Assembly: GCA_049578265.1 (NCBI GenBank)
Contig: JBAULP010000014.1
Location: 6,763 to 70,762, forward strand
Direction of reading: 5' to 3'
Source: Acidobacteriaceae bacterium
GTDB taxonomy: Bacteria > Acidobacteriota > Terriglobia > Terriglobales > Acidobacteriaceae
Length of the DNA stretch: 64,000 nt
Of this stretch, positions 20,888 to 31,161 are shown piece after piece. Positions within the stretch are counted from its first letter, which is position 1, and every line of letters starts with the position of its first letter. The notes below the pieces were generated by a model. It was given only the letters and a program-made list of their open reading frames with translations, did not search any database and was not told the origin of the DNA. The translations under genes and the position numbers were made by a program.

Positions 20888-21286
20888 CTAATGCAGCGTC
20901 TTCGGAATCACCGCATACTGCAGCAGTATCTCAAACGGAATAATCTCCAGCGTAGCCTCGTGCGTAGCTTCCAGCACCACCGGGCAAGCCGCGCCCGCAC
21001 GCTGTACCTGTAACCAGCGCGCCGCGCACACACACCACCGATCCCCCGCCTTCAGCCCCGGAAATCCATACTGCGGCATCGGTGTCGAAAGATCATTCCC
21101 CAGCCGCGCTGACTCCGCCAGGAAATCCTCCGTCACAATGCAGCACACCGTATGCACGCCGAGATCATCTGGCCCCGTGTTGCAGCAGCCGTCCCGGTAA
21201 AAGCCTGTCGCTGGGTCTGCGCCGCAAATCTCCAGCGGCTGGCCAAGAACGTTCTTCTGCGTTGAGAGCTGCGGGCCGGTATCCAT
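20888..21286 (-). CDS. DUF2237 family protein
   Basis: NVLGQPLEIC..P.TGFYRDGCC, GNDLSTP, GDRWCVCA.RW. Confidence 0.92.
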   Translation of the reverse strand: MDTGPQLSTQKNVLGQPLEICGADPATGFYRDGCCNTGPDDLGVHTVCCIVTEDFLAESARLGNDLSTPMPQYGFPGLKAGDRWCVCAARWLQVQRAGAACPVVLEATHEATLEIIPFEILLQYAVIPKTLH

Positions 21287-21326
21287 GGGACGATTGTATC
21301 CCCGCCGCGCCCCACGTGACTTTCAG

Positions 21327-22964
21327 CTACTTCGCTGTCATCGCAAGCTGTTGCTGATACTCCTCATACGGTCCCTTGTGGTCCGTAATGTGGAAGTCCT
21401 CCGGCCCACCCTCAAAGTGCCAGATGCGCGTACCGGCCTCTTCAATCAGGTCCTGATCATGCGTCACCAGGAACACCGTTCCCTCATACTTCTGGATCGC
21501 CTGGTTCAGCGCGTTAATGCTCTCCAAATCCAAATGGTTCGTCGGCTCATCGAGCACCAGCACGTTCGGCTTAAGGAGCATGATCTTGCAGAACAGCAGG
21601 CGCGCGGCCTCGCCACCCGAGAGCGCATCAGTCTTCTTCATGCCCTCTTCGCCCTTGAAGAGCATCTGTCCCAGAATGCCGCGAATGTCTTCCTTCACCG
21701 CCTTTGGATCGTACTGGTGCAACCAGTCCTGCGCGGTCATCCCCATCTGAATCGATCCCTTGTGGTCCTGCGCGAAGTAGCCAATCGAAACCTCGTGCCC
21801 CCACTTCACCGTGCCCGAGTCAATCGAAACATCCTTCTCCTCGATCCCCGGAGCATTCGCCAGCAGCGCCTTCAGCATCGTTGTCTTACCCTGACCGTTG
21901 CGCCCCACCAGCACCACCTTCTCGCCGCGCTGTACCATGCCAGAGAAGTTGTCGATCACATGCTCCGTCTTGCCATCCGGCTGCGTGTAGCTCTTGTTTA
22001 CGTTCTCAAACTCGAGCACCGTCTTGCCTGAAGGCCGCTCCATCTTGAAGCTGATGTACGGCCGCGCAATGTTCGACCGCGCCAGTTCGCTCGTCGCCAG
22101 CCGCTCCACTTCCTTCTTGCGCGAGTTCACCTGCGACGACCGCGTGCCCGCCGAGAACCGCGCAATAAAATCATTCAACTGCGCAATCTTCTTCTCGCGC
22201 TGTTCGTTCTGGCTCTCAATCCGTGTGCGGATGCTGGTCTTCTGCAGCACCATATCGTCGTATCCGCCGGTGTACGTAATGATCGTCTCGTAATCAATGT
22301 CCGCGATATGCGTACACACGTTGTTCAGAAAATGACGATCGTGCGAGATCGCGATGACCGTCCCGGTATAGCGCTGTAGAAAATCCTGCAGCCAGTGAAT
22401 CGACTCCAAATCCAAATAGTTCGTAGGCTCATCCAGCAGCAGCGCCTGCGGGTTGCCGAACAACGCCTGTGCCAGCAGAACACGCACCTTCTGCCCGCCC
22501 TGCAGCTCGCTCATCTTGCGCTCATGCAGCTCGTCCGGAATATCCAGCCCCTGCAGCAGCAGCGCCGCATTGGCCTCGGCCTCGTACCCATCCTCGTCGC
22601 CGACGATGCCCTCTAATTCACCCAGCCGTGATCCATCCTCATCCGTCATCTCCGGCTTGTTGTAGATCACCTCGCGCTCTTCCAGCGCCGCCCACAAAGC
22701 CTTGTTGCCCATGATCACCGTATCGACCACACGGAAGGCGTCAAACGCATACTGGTCCTGGCTCAACACGCCCAGCTTCTTCGGGCGCACGACTGTCCCC
22801 TTCTGGGCGTCAATCTCACCCGTCAACACCTTCATGAACGTAGACTTCCCAGCCCCGTTCGGTCCCGTCAGGCCATAGCGGCGGCCAGCCACGAACGTCA
22901 CCGAGACGTCCTCAAAAAGGAGCTTCGCGCCATAGCGCATCGTTACATTAGACACAGAGATCAT
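21327..22964 (-). CDS. ABC-F family ATPase (YbiT-like)
   Basis: Two ABC domains (GPNGAGKST / GRNGQGKTT, LLLDEPTN, SHDRHFLN), no TM segments; start MISVSNV. Confidence 0.95.
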   Translation of the reverse strand: MISVSNVTMRYGAKLLFEDVSVTFVAGRRYGLTGPNGAGKSTFMKVLTGEIDAQKGTVVRPKKLGVLSQDQYAFDAFRVVDTVIMGNKALWAALEEREVIYNKPEMTDEDGSRLGELEGIVGDEDGYEAEANAALLLQGLDIPDELHERKMSELQGGQKVRVLLAQALFGNPQALLLDEPTNYLDLESIHWLQDFLQRYTGTVIAISHDRHFLNNVCTHIADIDYETIITYTGGYDDMVLQKTSIRTRIESQNEQREKKIAQLNDFIARFSAGTRSSQVNSRKKEVERLATSELARSNIARPYISFKMERPSGKTVLEFENVNKSYTQPDGKTEHVIDNFSGMVQRGEKVVLVGRNGQGKTTMLKALLANAPGIEEKDVSIDSGTVKWGHEVSIGYFAQDHKGSIQMGMTAQDWLHQYDPKAVKEDIRGILGQMLFKGEEGMKKTDALSGGEAARLLFCKIMLLKPNVLVLDEPTNHLDLESINALNQAIQKYEGTVFLVTHDQDLIEEAGTRIWHFEGGPEDFHITDHKGPYEEYQQQLAMTAK

Positions 22965-23055
22965 CACTATCATTTTCTCATGGCACACGCTCTCCATGCG
23001 CCCTCCAGCCCACTCCCACCCCGTTCTCCCAGGTTTTCTGCTACCTTCGCAAACA

Positions 23056-23718
23056 ATGGCTCCCAACCAGCTCAACTTTCAGCGCGCAGACTACACCGGC
23101 AAGCCCATCTACCTCGACCACTGCGTCTTCTGCACCCGCGCCATCGACGGCGAGTTCTACCGCACCAACGGCGACCTCACCTGCACCGTCTGCGCCACCC
23201 AACTCCAAAGCGTTCTCCCCACGCCCACCCGCAAAACCTTCTGGCGCAGCATAGGTTACGGAGGAGTCGTAGCCGTCGGAGCCAGCCTCGCCTACCTCCT
23301 CCTCTTCCGCCTGCTGATGCGCTTCGGCACCGCAGACCTCGCCCCCGTCGCCGCCATCCCCGTCGGCTACGCCATCGGACACGCCATGCGCTGGGCCGGT
23401 CCCTCCGCCCGTGGCCGCCGCTTCCAGCTCACCGCCGCCTTCCTCACCTACGCCGCCGTCGCCACGGCCCACGCAGCGGCCACACTCCCCCTTCGTGGAG
23501 CACCTATCTTCGCCTACCCTGCTCTCATCCTCGCGCCCATCGCCTGGCTGTTCTTCGGTCGCTCCCAGGAGGCCCTCTACCTCCTCTTCTTCATCGCCAT
23601 CGGCATTCGCTGGACCTGGAACCTCCTCCAACCCCACGGCATCAAGATCACTGGCCCCGAAACCCTGATCTCCACCCGCTCCCACATCCCCGCGCCCGAC
23701 CCCGCCAATAAAAACTAG
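23056..23718 (+). CDS. Hypothetical membrane protein with N-terminal CxxC..CxxC
   Basis: HCVFC...TCTVC followed by ~5 TM helices; native codon bias. Confidence 0.7.
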   Translation: MAPNQLNFQRADYTGKPIYLDHCVFCTRAIDGEFYRTNGDLTCTVCATQLQSVLPTPTRKTFWRSIGYGGVVAVGASLAYLLLFRLLMRFGTADLAPVAAIPVGYAIGHAMRWAGPSARGRRFQLTAAFLTYAAVATAHAAATLPLRGAPIFAYPALILAPIAWLFFGRSQEALYLLFFIAIGIRWTWNLLQPHGIKITGPETLISTRSHIPAPDPANKN

Positions 23719-23737
23719 AAAAACTTCGCCATTTCTC

Positions 23738-23795
23738 TTGACACCTCCGCTCCACGAGGATTATTAAACTAATCAGTTATATAACTGAAAGGTTC
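23738..23795 (+). promoter_or_regulatory. Promoter and ArsR operator
   Basis: TTGACA at 23738; perfect palindrome TCAGTTATATAACTGA at 23773-23788, spanning two AAC-N6-GTT sites. Confidence 0.75.
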
Positions 23796-23803
23796 AGTAA
23801 GCC

Positions 23804-24217
23804 ATGAGCGGCTCGACGTACGACCCCATCAGCTCCACCTTCGCAGCGCTCGCCGATCCCACACGGCGCGCCATCCTGGCCCGTCTCGCACTCGGCGAAA
23901 CCTCCGTAACCGAGCTCGCAGAACCCTTCGAAATGAGCATGCCGGCCGTCTCTAAGCACCTCCGCGTGCTGGAGCGTGCTGGTCTTATCAGCCGCGGCCG
24001 CGAAGCCCAGTGGCGTCCCTGCAAGCTCAAGGCCGAGCCCCTCCGCGACGCCGCCGGCTGGCTCGAACACTACCGCCAGTTCTGGGAGCAGAGCTTCGAC
24101 CGCCTCGACGAATACCTGCAGCGCCTGCAGGCAGAAAAAGCCCTGCACGCCAAAACAAACCACACACCCGCACACCCGGCCCCCAGCACCAAACTCAAGA
24201 AGCACAAGGAGAAGTGA
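23804..24217 (+). CDS. ArsR/SmtB family regulator (SRPBCC-associated)
   Basis: FAALADPTRRAIL, SKHLRVLERAGLI, FWEQSFDRL. Confidence 0.93.
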   Translation: MSGSTYDPISSTFAALADPTRRAILARLALGETSVTELAEPFEMSMPAVSKHLRVLERAGLISRGREAQWRPCKLKAEPLRDAAGWLEHYRQFWEQSFDRLDEYLQRLQAEKALHAKTNHTPAHPAPSTKLKKHKEK

Positions 24218-24218
24218 A

Positions 24219-25217
24219 ATGCTCGAGACAAGCCAAGACGTAAAAGACACAGCGGCTCCCAACGAAATCGTGATCACCCGCGTCTTCGCCGCGCCGCGCG
24301 AGATGGTATACGCCGCCTGGTCCGACCCCTGGCAGGTAGGCCAATGGTGGGGCCCCAAGGGCTTCCGCAGCACCATCACCGAGATGGACCAGCGCCCCGG
24401 CGGCATGTGGCGTCTCGTCATGCACGGCCCCGATGGCGCCGACTACCCCAACACCATGCAGTTCATCGACATCGTCCCCAACCACCGCGTCTCCTTCCGC
24501 ACCCACGGCGGAAAGCTCGGCGCCCCTGTCCAGCACTTCGAGACCGTCGTGCTCTTTGAAGAGGAAGGCAGCGGAACGCGCCTCACCTTCCGCATGACCT
24601 TCGCCACCGCCGCCGAGCGCGACGACAACGTCCGCACCTACGGCGCCATCCAGGGCGGCGAGCAGATGTTCGATCGCCTCACGGAGCTCCTCGAGGAAAA
24701 GAAATCCGGCAAGCCTAAACCATCCACCCGAGACCACGAGCTCCGCATCACCCGCACCTTCGCCGCCCCGCGCGAGCTCGTCTGGCAGGCCTGGACTGAC
24801 CCCGCTATGCGCATCCAATGGGCTGGCTCCAAGCCCTTTCCCGCAGCAGAAATCCACCAGGGCACCAAACCCGGCGACCCCTGGCGCATCCGCATGCACG
24901 GCAACCGTCCCGGCACTGACATTCCCGCGGACATCTGGATGAGCGGCGTCCTCCGCGAAATCGTCCCGCCCGAGCTCTTCGTCTACACCTTCGCCTGGGA
25001 GAACCGCGCCAGCGTCGGACTTCCCGACGACGGCCAACCCCACGACACTACCATCACCGTTCGCCTCGAAGAGCACGACGGCAAGACCACCATGCACTTC
25101 CACCAGGCCTCCTTCGCCACCGCCGCCGAGCGCGACGGCCACAACGGCGGCTGGACCTCCAGCTTCGAGCGCCTCGAAGAATTCCTCATCTCCCAAACAC
25201 CAAAGGAGGCTCAATGA
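24219..25217 (+). CDS. Tandem SRPBCC/AHSA1 domain protein
   Basis: Two ITR.FAAPRE.V..AW.DP repeats; AAGGAG RBS. Confidence 0.9.
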   Translation: MLETSQDVKDTAAPNEIVITRVFAAPREMVYAAWSDPWQVGQWWGPKGFRSTITEMDQRPGGMWRLVMHGPDGADYPNTMQFIDIVPNHRVSFRTHGGKLGAPVQHFETVVLFEEEGSGTRLTFRMTFATAAERDDNVRTYGAIQGGEQMFDRLTELLEEKKSGKPKPSTRDHELRITRTFAAPRELVWQAWTDPAMRIQWAGSKPFPAAEIHQGTKPGDPWRIRMHGNRPGTDIPADIWMSGVLREIVPPELFVYTFAWENRASVGLPDDGQPHDTTITVRLEEHDGKTTMHFHQASFATAAERDGHNGGWTSSFERLEEFLISQTPKEAQ

Positions 25218-25684
25218 GCACCCCCGTGCAGGCAGCCCTCTCCGAGATGGAACTCACCCGCATCATCCACGCCCCGCGCGCCCTCGTCTGGAGCGCGTGG
25301 ACCAACATCAACCAACTCCAGCAATGGTGGGGCCCAAAACATTTCACCAACCCTCGCTGCGAAGCCGACTTCCGCGTCGGCGGCGCCATTCACATCGACA
25401 TGCGCGCGCCCGACGGCACCCTCTATCCGATGGGCGGCGAGTTCGAAGAGATCGACCCGCCCAAACGCCTGGTCTTCTTGTCCTCAGCTCTCGATCCCAA
25501 CGGTGACCCCATCTTCACCAACCGCAACTCCGTCACCTTTCGCGAAGCCGATGGCAATACCGAGATCGCAATCCACGTCCGCGTCGTCAAGACCACCGGC
25601 GAAGCATGGCAATACCTCAAAGGCATGCGCGAAGGCTGGAGCCTCAGCCTCGACAAGCTAGCCACTCTCGTCGAAACCCACTAA
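25214..25684 (+). CDS. SRPBCC/AHSA1 domain protein
   Basis: TRIIHAPRALVWSAWT..WWGP..DFRVGG; ATGA overlap. Confidence 0.9.
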   Translation: MSTPVQAALSEMELTRIIHAPRALVWSAWTNINQLQQWWGPKHFTNPRCEADFRVGGAIHIDMRAPDGTLYPMGGEFEEIDPPKRLVFLSSALDPNGDPIFTNRNSVTFREADGNTEIAIHVRVVKTTGEAWQYLKGMREGWSLSLDKLATLVETH

Positions 25685-25731
25685 CCACGCAGCACGCTGC
25701 GTCCACCAACCCAGAACTCCAAGGAGCAATC

Positions 25732-26145
25732 ATGAAAGCCGATCTCGCCCTCGTATTCTCCGGCAAGTGCCGCGAGGCCTTTGCCTTCTACGAAAAAACC
25801 TTCAACAGCAAAGTTCAGTTCTGCATGACCTACGGCGAAGCCCCCGCTGGCGTCCCCACTCCGCCCGAAGCCAAGGACCTTGTCATGTACATGTCGATGC
25901 CTCTCGGCGGCATGACGTTGATGGGTATGGACACCCCTAAGGGTCCCACCGCCATCAGCGGCTTTCAGATATCTGTCAACGACCCCAGCTCCGACGAAGT
26001 CGAGCGCATCTTCGACGAGCTGAAAGCCGGCGGCAGCGTCCAGATGCCACTCGGCCAAACCTTCTGGTCGCCCCTCTTCGGCATGTGCACCGACAAGTTC
26101 GGCGTCACCTGGATGGTCAGCGTCCCCGGCCCTCAACTCAGCTAA
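25732..26145 (+). CDS. VOC/PhnB-like glyoxalase family protein
   Basis: F.G.C.EA..FY..F, GG.VQMPL..TFW..FGM.TDKFGV.W; AAGGAG RBS. Confidence 0.9.
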   Translation: MKADLALVFSGKCREAFAFYEKTFNSKVQFCMTYGEAPAGVPTPPEAKDLVMYMSMPLGGMTLMGMDTPKGPTAISGFQISVNDPSSDEVERIFDELKAGGSVQMPLGQTFWSPLFGMCTDKFGVTWMVSVPGPQLS

Positions 26146-26167
26146 GCCGCTCCAAACCGGCGTGCAA

Positions 26168-28636
26168 CTAAACCTTCGGCTTCTCCGCCTCCGGCCCCTG
26201 CGCCACCGGATGCGCATGCACCGCCACCTCGTAGTTGCGTCCCAGCCAACGGTCGTCCTCCGGCCAGTGCATCGTAAACACGATGCTCCCTGTCTGGTCC
26301 GCAGCTACGGGGATGTCGGCAAACGAACCAATATTCCCGAGCGAATGGGCGTCCAACTGCACCTTGGTCGCCCAGTTGTTCGTGCTGTACACCACCGAGA
26401 ACCGCGTCGCATCCACAATCCGCAGGGCCCCTCCTTGCACCACCGCGGACACCGGCCGGCTCAACTGAAAGATTCCCAGGTAGCGACGAAACGTTCGCTT
26501 CTCCCGCTCCGCAATGTAGCGGTCGTACACCACTGAGATGCGATCGAACACCTTGTTATCCGCAATCGAACGCAGCAGCTTCAAGTACTCCGCATGCGCC
26601 CACACCAACGGCTGCGCAGACCCCGCCGCTTGTCCAAAAAACATCTCTTCAGCCGGCAAATCCGGGCGGTCCCATATCTGTTCAGGCAGCATTCCGCCCG
26701 TCGAGCTGAACTTCTCCATCGCCTCAACGAACGGCGTCGCGTCTCTCCCCGCAGCCAGCTCATAGTGCGCGCGCTCGCCCGTCAAGATCGGCCACGCCCG
26801 TCCCTGCCCCCAACCGATGTACGGGCCGCCATCCTTACGCTGCCCATAGCCATCGTGGTTGTACCGTCGCCAGCACGGCCCGTTTGGCGTATCAATCTTC
26901 AGCGTCGCATCCACCACCCGCAGCGAGTCCACAATCAGCGGATCATCCGCGCGCCGAATCCCATACCGCACCAGCTCCAGAAATCCCGCGTCCACAATCT
27001 CGCACGCCTCAAAGTCCGCCTTCTCTCCCTCCTCGCGGTTCGCGATGTGGATCATCCCTGGAGGAATCTGGTCGTTATGAAACGACTCCCCCGCAGCCGG
27101 CGGACGAATCCGCATGTAGTGATGCGGCACATCCGCATGCAGCACGCCGCCCGTTGTCGTCGTCCACCTGTCCAGCCGCGCTTCAATCCAGTCCGCGTAC
27201 TCTTCCAGGAAGGTCCCCACCTCTTCCGACCCATGATGCCGCAGAATATCCGCCGCACACACCAGCGCCGAAATCACCGCCGCCAACGTCGACGGGCTAT
27301 AGCCCGCATTCTCCTCCCACCGCTCCTGCTGCGTAATCGGTGCGTAGCGCACCAGGAACGACGCCCCTCGTTCCACAAACGGGACGATGTCGAACTTGCC
27401 CAGCCCGTTCACCTTCCATAGCCGCCAAGCCAGCATCAGTGGAAACGCAACCTCATCCAACTGAATCCCCGACCAATACGGAATTCCGTTCACCCAGAAG
27501 TTCTGCGCAAACCCTCCATAAGGATGCTGCGTGCACGCCAGGTACACCAGCGCACTCCGCGCAGCCTCCATCTTTCCGCACGCCATCAGCGCCGTCGCCG
27601 ACTGCACCATGTCCCGCGTCCACACCAGGTGGTATCCGCCCAGGTCATCGTCCGACTTCGAAGCACCCCACGGAATCGACGCCGACGCAATGAACGCACC
27701 CGAATACGTCTTGTCCTCATGCGCCAGAATCACCGCGTGCGACGCGCGCATCAGCTTCCCGCCATCGCTCGAATAGTCCGCCAGTCCCGTCGGTGGAAGC
27801 GCCCGATGCCACTCCTCGATGAACCGCGTGCGATGTTGTACAAACGGTATCGACAACGACTGCATCATGCTCGAAAGCGCCGAGTGATGCCCTCGTCCCA
27901 ACGCAATCGCAATCGTGAACTCCGGCCGCCGCGACACGTCGATCTCGCCCATCACCGCAATGTTCCCGTTCAGCGCCTGCCCAAAGTTCCACGTCATCCG
28001 CAGATGTTCGCTCAGGTCCGTGTAGCCGTCGCTCGTCCCCACGTAGCCGCAGCTCGACCGCGTAAATCCACACTCCGTCCCCATTGCCAGCGAGAACTCG
28101 TTCTTCCACGCCAGCACGCAGCGATCCCCCGCAATGTCCAGCGACCGCGCTGAATTCTCCGCCCCTCCCCCATCCAGGTGCGGCGCCAGCAGCGCATAAC
28201 ACTTCAGCCGCGACAGCACGTCCGCATCCCCCGTGATCTTCACGTTCATCAACACCACGGCGTGATGCGGATCCGTAATCAGTTCCTTTGTGATGGAATA
28301 TCGCCGGCCGGGTTCATGGCCCTTCATCCGAATCGCCAGCGCGTTGTCATCGATGTATTCGAAGTCGTACTTAATATCGCGCTTCTCTTCGTGGAAGAAC
28401 GTCTCCCCATCCGTAAACAGCAGCTCCATATCGCGCGTCTGCGGATGGTCGATCGTCGGATAGTAAATCTCGTTGATCGTCCCGTGCGAAGCCGTAAACC
28501 AGATCCGCGTAGCCGCTGCGTACGCTGTGCTCACCGCATCTTTCTGACTGGAAGTCCACCGTGGAGAGAGGCCGGGAGAGCCGAATGCAGGTCCATCATC
28601 ATCGAGCCAGCGATAGTTGCCGTTGGAAGCGCTCAT
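26168..28636 (-). CDS. Glycoside hydrolase family 15 (glucoamylase/glucodextranase)
   Basis: GGYHLVWTRD, QLDE, QERWEE, RRYNHDGYG, LPEQIWD, PLVWAHAEY. Confidence 0.93.
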   Translation of the reverse strand: MSASNGNYRWLDDDGPAFGSPGLSPRWTSSQKDAVSTAYAAATRIWFTASHGTINEIYYPTIDHPQTRDMELLFTDGETFFHEEKRDIKYDFEYIDDNALAIRMKGHEPGRRYSITKELITDPHHAVVLMNVKITGDADVLSRLKCYALLAPHLDGGGAENSARSLDIAGDRCVLAWKNEFSLAMGTECGFTRSSCGYVGTSDGYTDLSEHLRMTWNFGQALNGNIAVMGEIDVSRRPEFTIAIALGRGHHSALSSMMQSLSIPFVQHRTRFIEEWHRALPPTGLADYSSDGGKLMRASHAVILAHEDKTYSGAFIASASIPWGASKSDDDLGGYHLVWTRDMVQSATALMACGKMEAARSALVYLACTQHPYGGFAQNFWVNGIPYWSGIQLDEVAFPLMLAWRLWKVNGLGKFDIVPFVERGASFLVRYAPITQQERWEENAGYSPSTLAAVISALVCAADILRHHGSEEVGTFLEEYADWIEARLDRWTTTTGGVLHADVPHHYMRIRPPAAGESFHNDQIPPGMIHIANREEGEKADFEACEIVDAGFLELVRYGIRRADDPLIVDSLRVVDATLKIDTPNGPCWRRYNHDGYGQRKDGGPYIGWGQGRAWPILTGERAHYELAAGRDATPFVEAMEKFSSTGGMLPEQIWDRPDLPAEEMFFGQAAGSAQPLVWAHAEYLKLLRSIADNKVFDRISVVYDRYIAEREKRTFRRYLGIFQLSRPVSAVVQGGALRIVDATRFSVVYSTNNWATKVQLDAHSLGNIGSFADIPVAADQTGSIVFTMHWPEDDRWLGRNYEVAVHAHPVAQGPEAEKPKV

Positions 28637-28768
28637 ACCTCTATTCGACCACATTCGAGCCAATCACCTGAAACTTGTCCCGATTTCACGCACTTTCGCA
28701 GCCCTCCGAACACCCGTGACTACGATCACCGAACCCGCGCAGCGATTAGCGGATAGTCATTCCAGCAG

Positions 28769-29188
28769 ATGAAGAGAGTGCTTCAATTCGTCGTCCTGGT
28801 GGTGACGCTTAGCCTCGCGGCACAACCCGTGATCGCTGAAGGCGCCTGTGGTCAGCAAACCTGCGGCCACCACCAGACGATGGATTGCTGCCGTCACCAG
28901 CATGCGTCCAATGAGCGCAACTCTATGCCGATGGGCATGCACTGCGGCGACACTCAGCCCTCTTCTTCTGCACGAAAGTACTGCACCAGCGACACCTGCT
29001 GTGCCACACTTCCACTGGCAGCCCTTGCCGTCGTTTCGCCTGGCAACGCATGGAGCATCGCCTCCCCGGCGACCATCCTCGCTCCCGTTGCCGTGGCGCA
29101 GCCGGCGTCGCTCGCAGCACCCGATCCGCCCGGCCTCCACCCACGCTCCTCCCCGCGTTACCTGCTCTTTCACGTCTTCCGAATCTAG
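28769..29188 (+). CDS. Small exported Cys/His-rich protein with Pro-rich tail ending YLLFHVFRI
   Basis: Signal-like N-terminus, 8 Cys including two CC pairs, C-terminal PDPPG...FRI. Confidence 0.65.
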   Translation: MKRVLQFVVLVVTLSLAAQPVIAEGACGQQTCGHHQTMDCCRHQHASNERNSMPMGMHCGDTQPSSSARKYCTSDTCCATLPLAALAVVSPGNAWSIASPATILAPVAVAQPASLAAPDPPGLHPRSSPRYLLFHVFRI

Positions 29189-29276
29189 ACCGCCGTCAGT
29201 GCCCACTCGCTCCTAGGCCGCACAAATCACCGCCCGCGGCACGCACTGCACCGCAATAAAAATTCAGGAGATTTTC

Positions 29277-29636
29277 ATGAAACGCATTCTGTCTTCCCTC
29301 TTCGTCCTTCCTCTCGCCCTGGCGCTCACAGCATTCGCGCAAACACCCGCGCCTGCCCCAGCCCCCGCCGCAACCTGCTGCCAGCACAAGGCCGCCTGTT
29401 GCGATCACGCCACGTCCGGCGCCAAATCCATGACCTGTGACAAAACCACCTGCTGCGACAAAACCAAGTCCACCGACATGGCCAAGTGCTGCGATAAGGC
29501 CAAGTCCACCGACATGGCCAAGTGCTGCGATAAGGCGAAGGCAAGCGACAAAATGACCTGCTGCCACAAGGATGCGAAGACATCCTGCTGCGGTGGAAAC
29601 GCCTGCGCCAAGCCAGCCACCCAGGCCAAAAGCTAG
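29277..29636 (+). CDS. Secreted Cys-Cys-repeat (metallothionein-like) protein
   Basis: AGGAG RBS; signal peptide ending AFA|Q; 7 CC pairs plus 2 single Cys; 36-bp tandem duplication 29464-29535. Confidence 0.8.
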   Translation: MKRILSSLFVLPLALALTAFAQTPAPAPAPAATCCQHKAACCDHATSGAKSMTCDKTTCCDKTKSTDMAKCCDKAKSTDMAKCCDKAKASDKMTCCHKDAKTSCCGGNACAKPATQAKS

Positions 29637-29657
29637 CGCGGCAAAAGTGTCCTCCTG

Positions 29658-29691
29658 GGCTGGGGGCCGTCCGCCCCCAGCCTTATTTTTT
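29658..29691 (+). terminator. Rho-independent terminator
   Basis: GGCTGGGGG-ccgtccg-CCCCCAGCC followed by TTATTTTTT. Confidence 0.8.
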
Positions 29692-29886
29692 CGCACGAGC
29701 GCCGACCCTCCCAACCCATTCCCGCCTAATGCGCTATTCTCATCGAGGCCGCACCTCGGGGTGTGGTCCCTGCATCCAAGAGATGAGACATCTGAGACCG
29801 TGCGCGCAGCCCTCGCTTCGCGCGACCCATGGTTGCAAAAACTCAACAAAACGGAACAATACTTAGCACGACAAAGGAGTAAACCC

Positions 29887-30498
29887 GTGGCCTTCGAACT
29901 TCCTCCCCTTCCTTACGACTACGCCGCTCTCGAGCCCCACATCGATGAAGCGACCATGAAGCTCCATCACGACAAGCATCACCAGGCCTACGTCACCAAT
30001 CTCAACGGCGCCGTCGAGAAGCATCCCGAGCTCGGCAAGAAGACCCCCGAAGATCTCATCTCCGACCTCGCCGCTATTCCCGAAGACGTTCGCGGCGTCG
30101 TCCGCAACAACGGCGGCGGCCACGTCAACCACACCATGTTCTGGCAGATCATGAAGCCCAATGGCGGCGGCGATCCCACCGGCGACATCGGCACTCAAAT
30201 CACCAAGGACTTCGGCTCCTTCGCCGACTTCAAAAAGAAATTCGACGAAGCCGCCACCAAGCAATTCGGCTCCGGCTGGGGCTTCCTCATCTACAAGGGT
30301 GGCAAGCTCGAAATCGTCACCAAGCCCAACCAGGACTCACCCATCAACGACGGCAGCTACCCCATCCTCGGCAACGACGTCTGGGAGCACGCCTACTATC
30401 TCAAGTACAACAACCGCCGCGCCGAATACCTCGGAGCCTGGTGGAACACCGTCAACTGGGACGAAGTCAACAAGCGCTTCGCCCACGCCAAGAAGTAG
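29887..30498 (+). CDS. sodA: Superoxide dismutase, Mn-type signature
   Basis: [54 protein letters not shown] and GTG start. Confidence 0.95.
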   Translation: MAFELPPLPYDYAALEPHIDEATMKLHHDKHHQAYVTNLNGAVEKHPELGKKTPEDLISDLAAIPEDVRGVVRNNGGGHVNHTMFWQIMKPNGGGDPTGDIGTQITKDFGSFADFKKKFDEAATKQFGSGWGFLIYKGGKLEIVTKPNQDSPINDGSYPILGNDVWEHAYYLKYNNRRAEYLGAWWNTVNWDEVNKRFAHAKK

Positions 30499-30515
30499 CA
30501 CTTCGATTTCAACAA

Positions 30516-30545
30516 GAGAAGGGCCGCCATCAGGCGGCCCTTCTC
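30516..30545. terminator. Hairpin terminator between convergent genes
   Basis: GAGAAGGGCCGCC-atca-GGCGGCCCTTCTC. Confidence 0.8.
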
Positions 30546-30563
30546 CTTGCCACAACCACGTTC

Positions 30564-30938
30564 TTACTGGTGCGTCGGCACGGTAGTGCTTCCAGTGCCC
30601 GTGTTCCCCCGCGGCCCGGTCGCCGTCCCGCTCACCGTCGTCGTTCCATTGCTGTTCTTCACGGCTGTTCCGCTGGCCGTCGACGTCCCGCCCTTCGGTC
30701 CATTCACCGTCGCACTTCCCGTCGCGCCCGTCGCCGTCTTCTTAACCGTTGCGGTCCCGTTAGCCGATCTGCCTCGCGCGCCCGTCGCCGTGCCATTCGC
30801 CGTTAACGTGTTGCCCGAGCGCGTCACCGAACTGCTGGCCGTGCTTCCATGCCGCCCTGTGAACGAGCGCTGCGCATACGCATTCGAAAATCCAAACGAT
30901 GCTGCCAGAATCAAAACCGTCATCCATGTCTTCTTCAT
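30564..30938 (-). CDS. Small secreted Gly/Thr-rich repeat protein
   Basis: AAGGAG RBS, signal peptide MKKTWMTVLILAA, repeats of T.TGP.G.T. Confidence 0.7.
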   Translation of the reverse strand: MKKTWMTVLILAASFGFSNAYAQRSFTGRHGSTASSSVTRSGNTLTANGTATGARGRSANGTATVKKTATGATGSATVNGPKGGTSTASGTAVKNSNGTTTVSGTATGPRGNTGTGSTTVPTHQ

Positions 30939-31161
30939 AATGAATCTCCTTGTGTGCCAGGTCTGCTGGCGAATCCAACGCTGCACTCTGCAGTGAAGGT
31001 GCTTCTGATCGATGAAACACCGCGTATCGCTGCTCAGTTTCCGTCGCGGACACTTCCAGACAAACCTTGAATCCTGCGCTCTCCTCCGCTCGCAACATTC
31101 GCAACCTGTCCAGCCTCGATCCTCTATGCCCACCAACCCACGGACAAGATGTGCTGACACT

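Noticed and set aside
29735..29830. yybP-ykoY manganese riboswitch upstream of sodA
   Set aside because: The conserved GGGGAGUAG and CGUCAAUA-type motifs were not found
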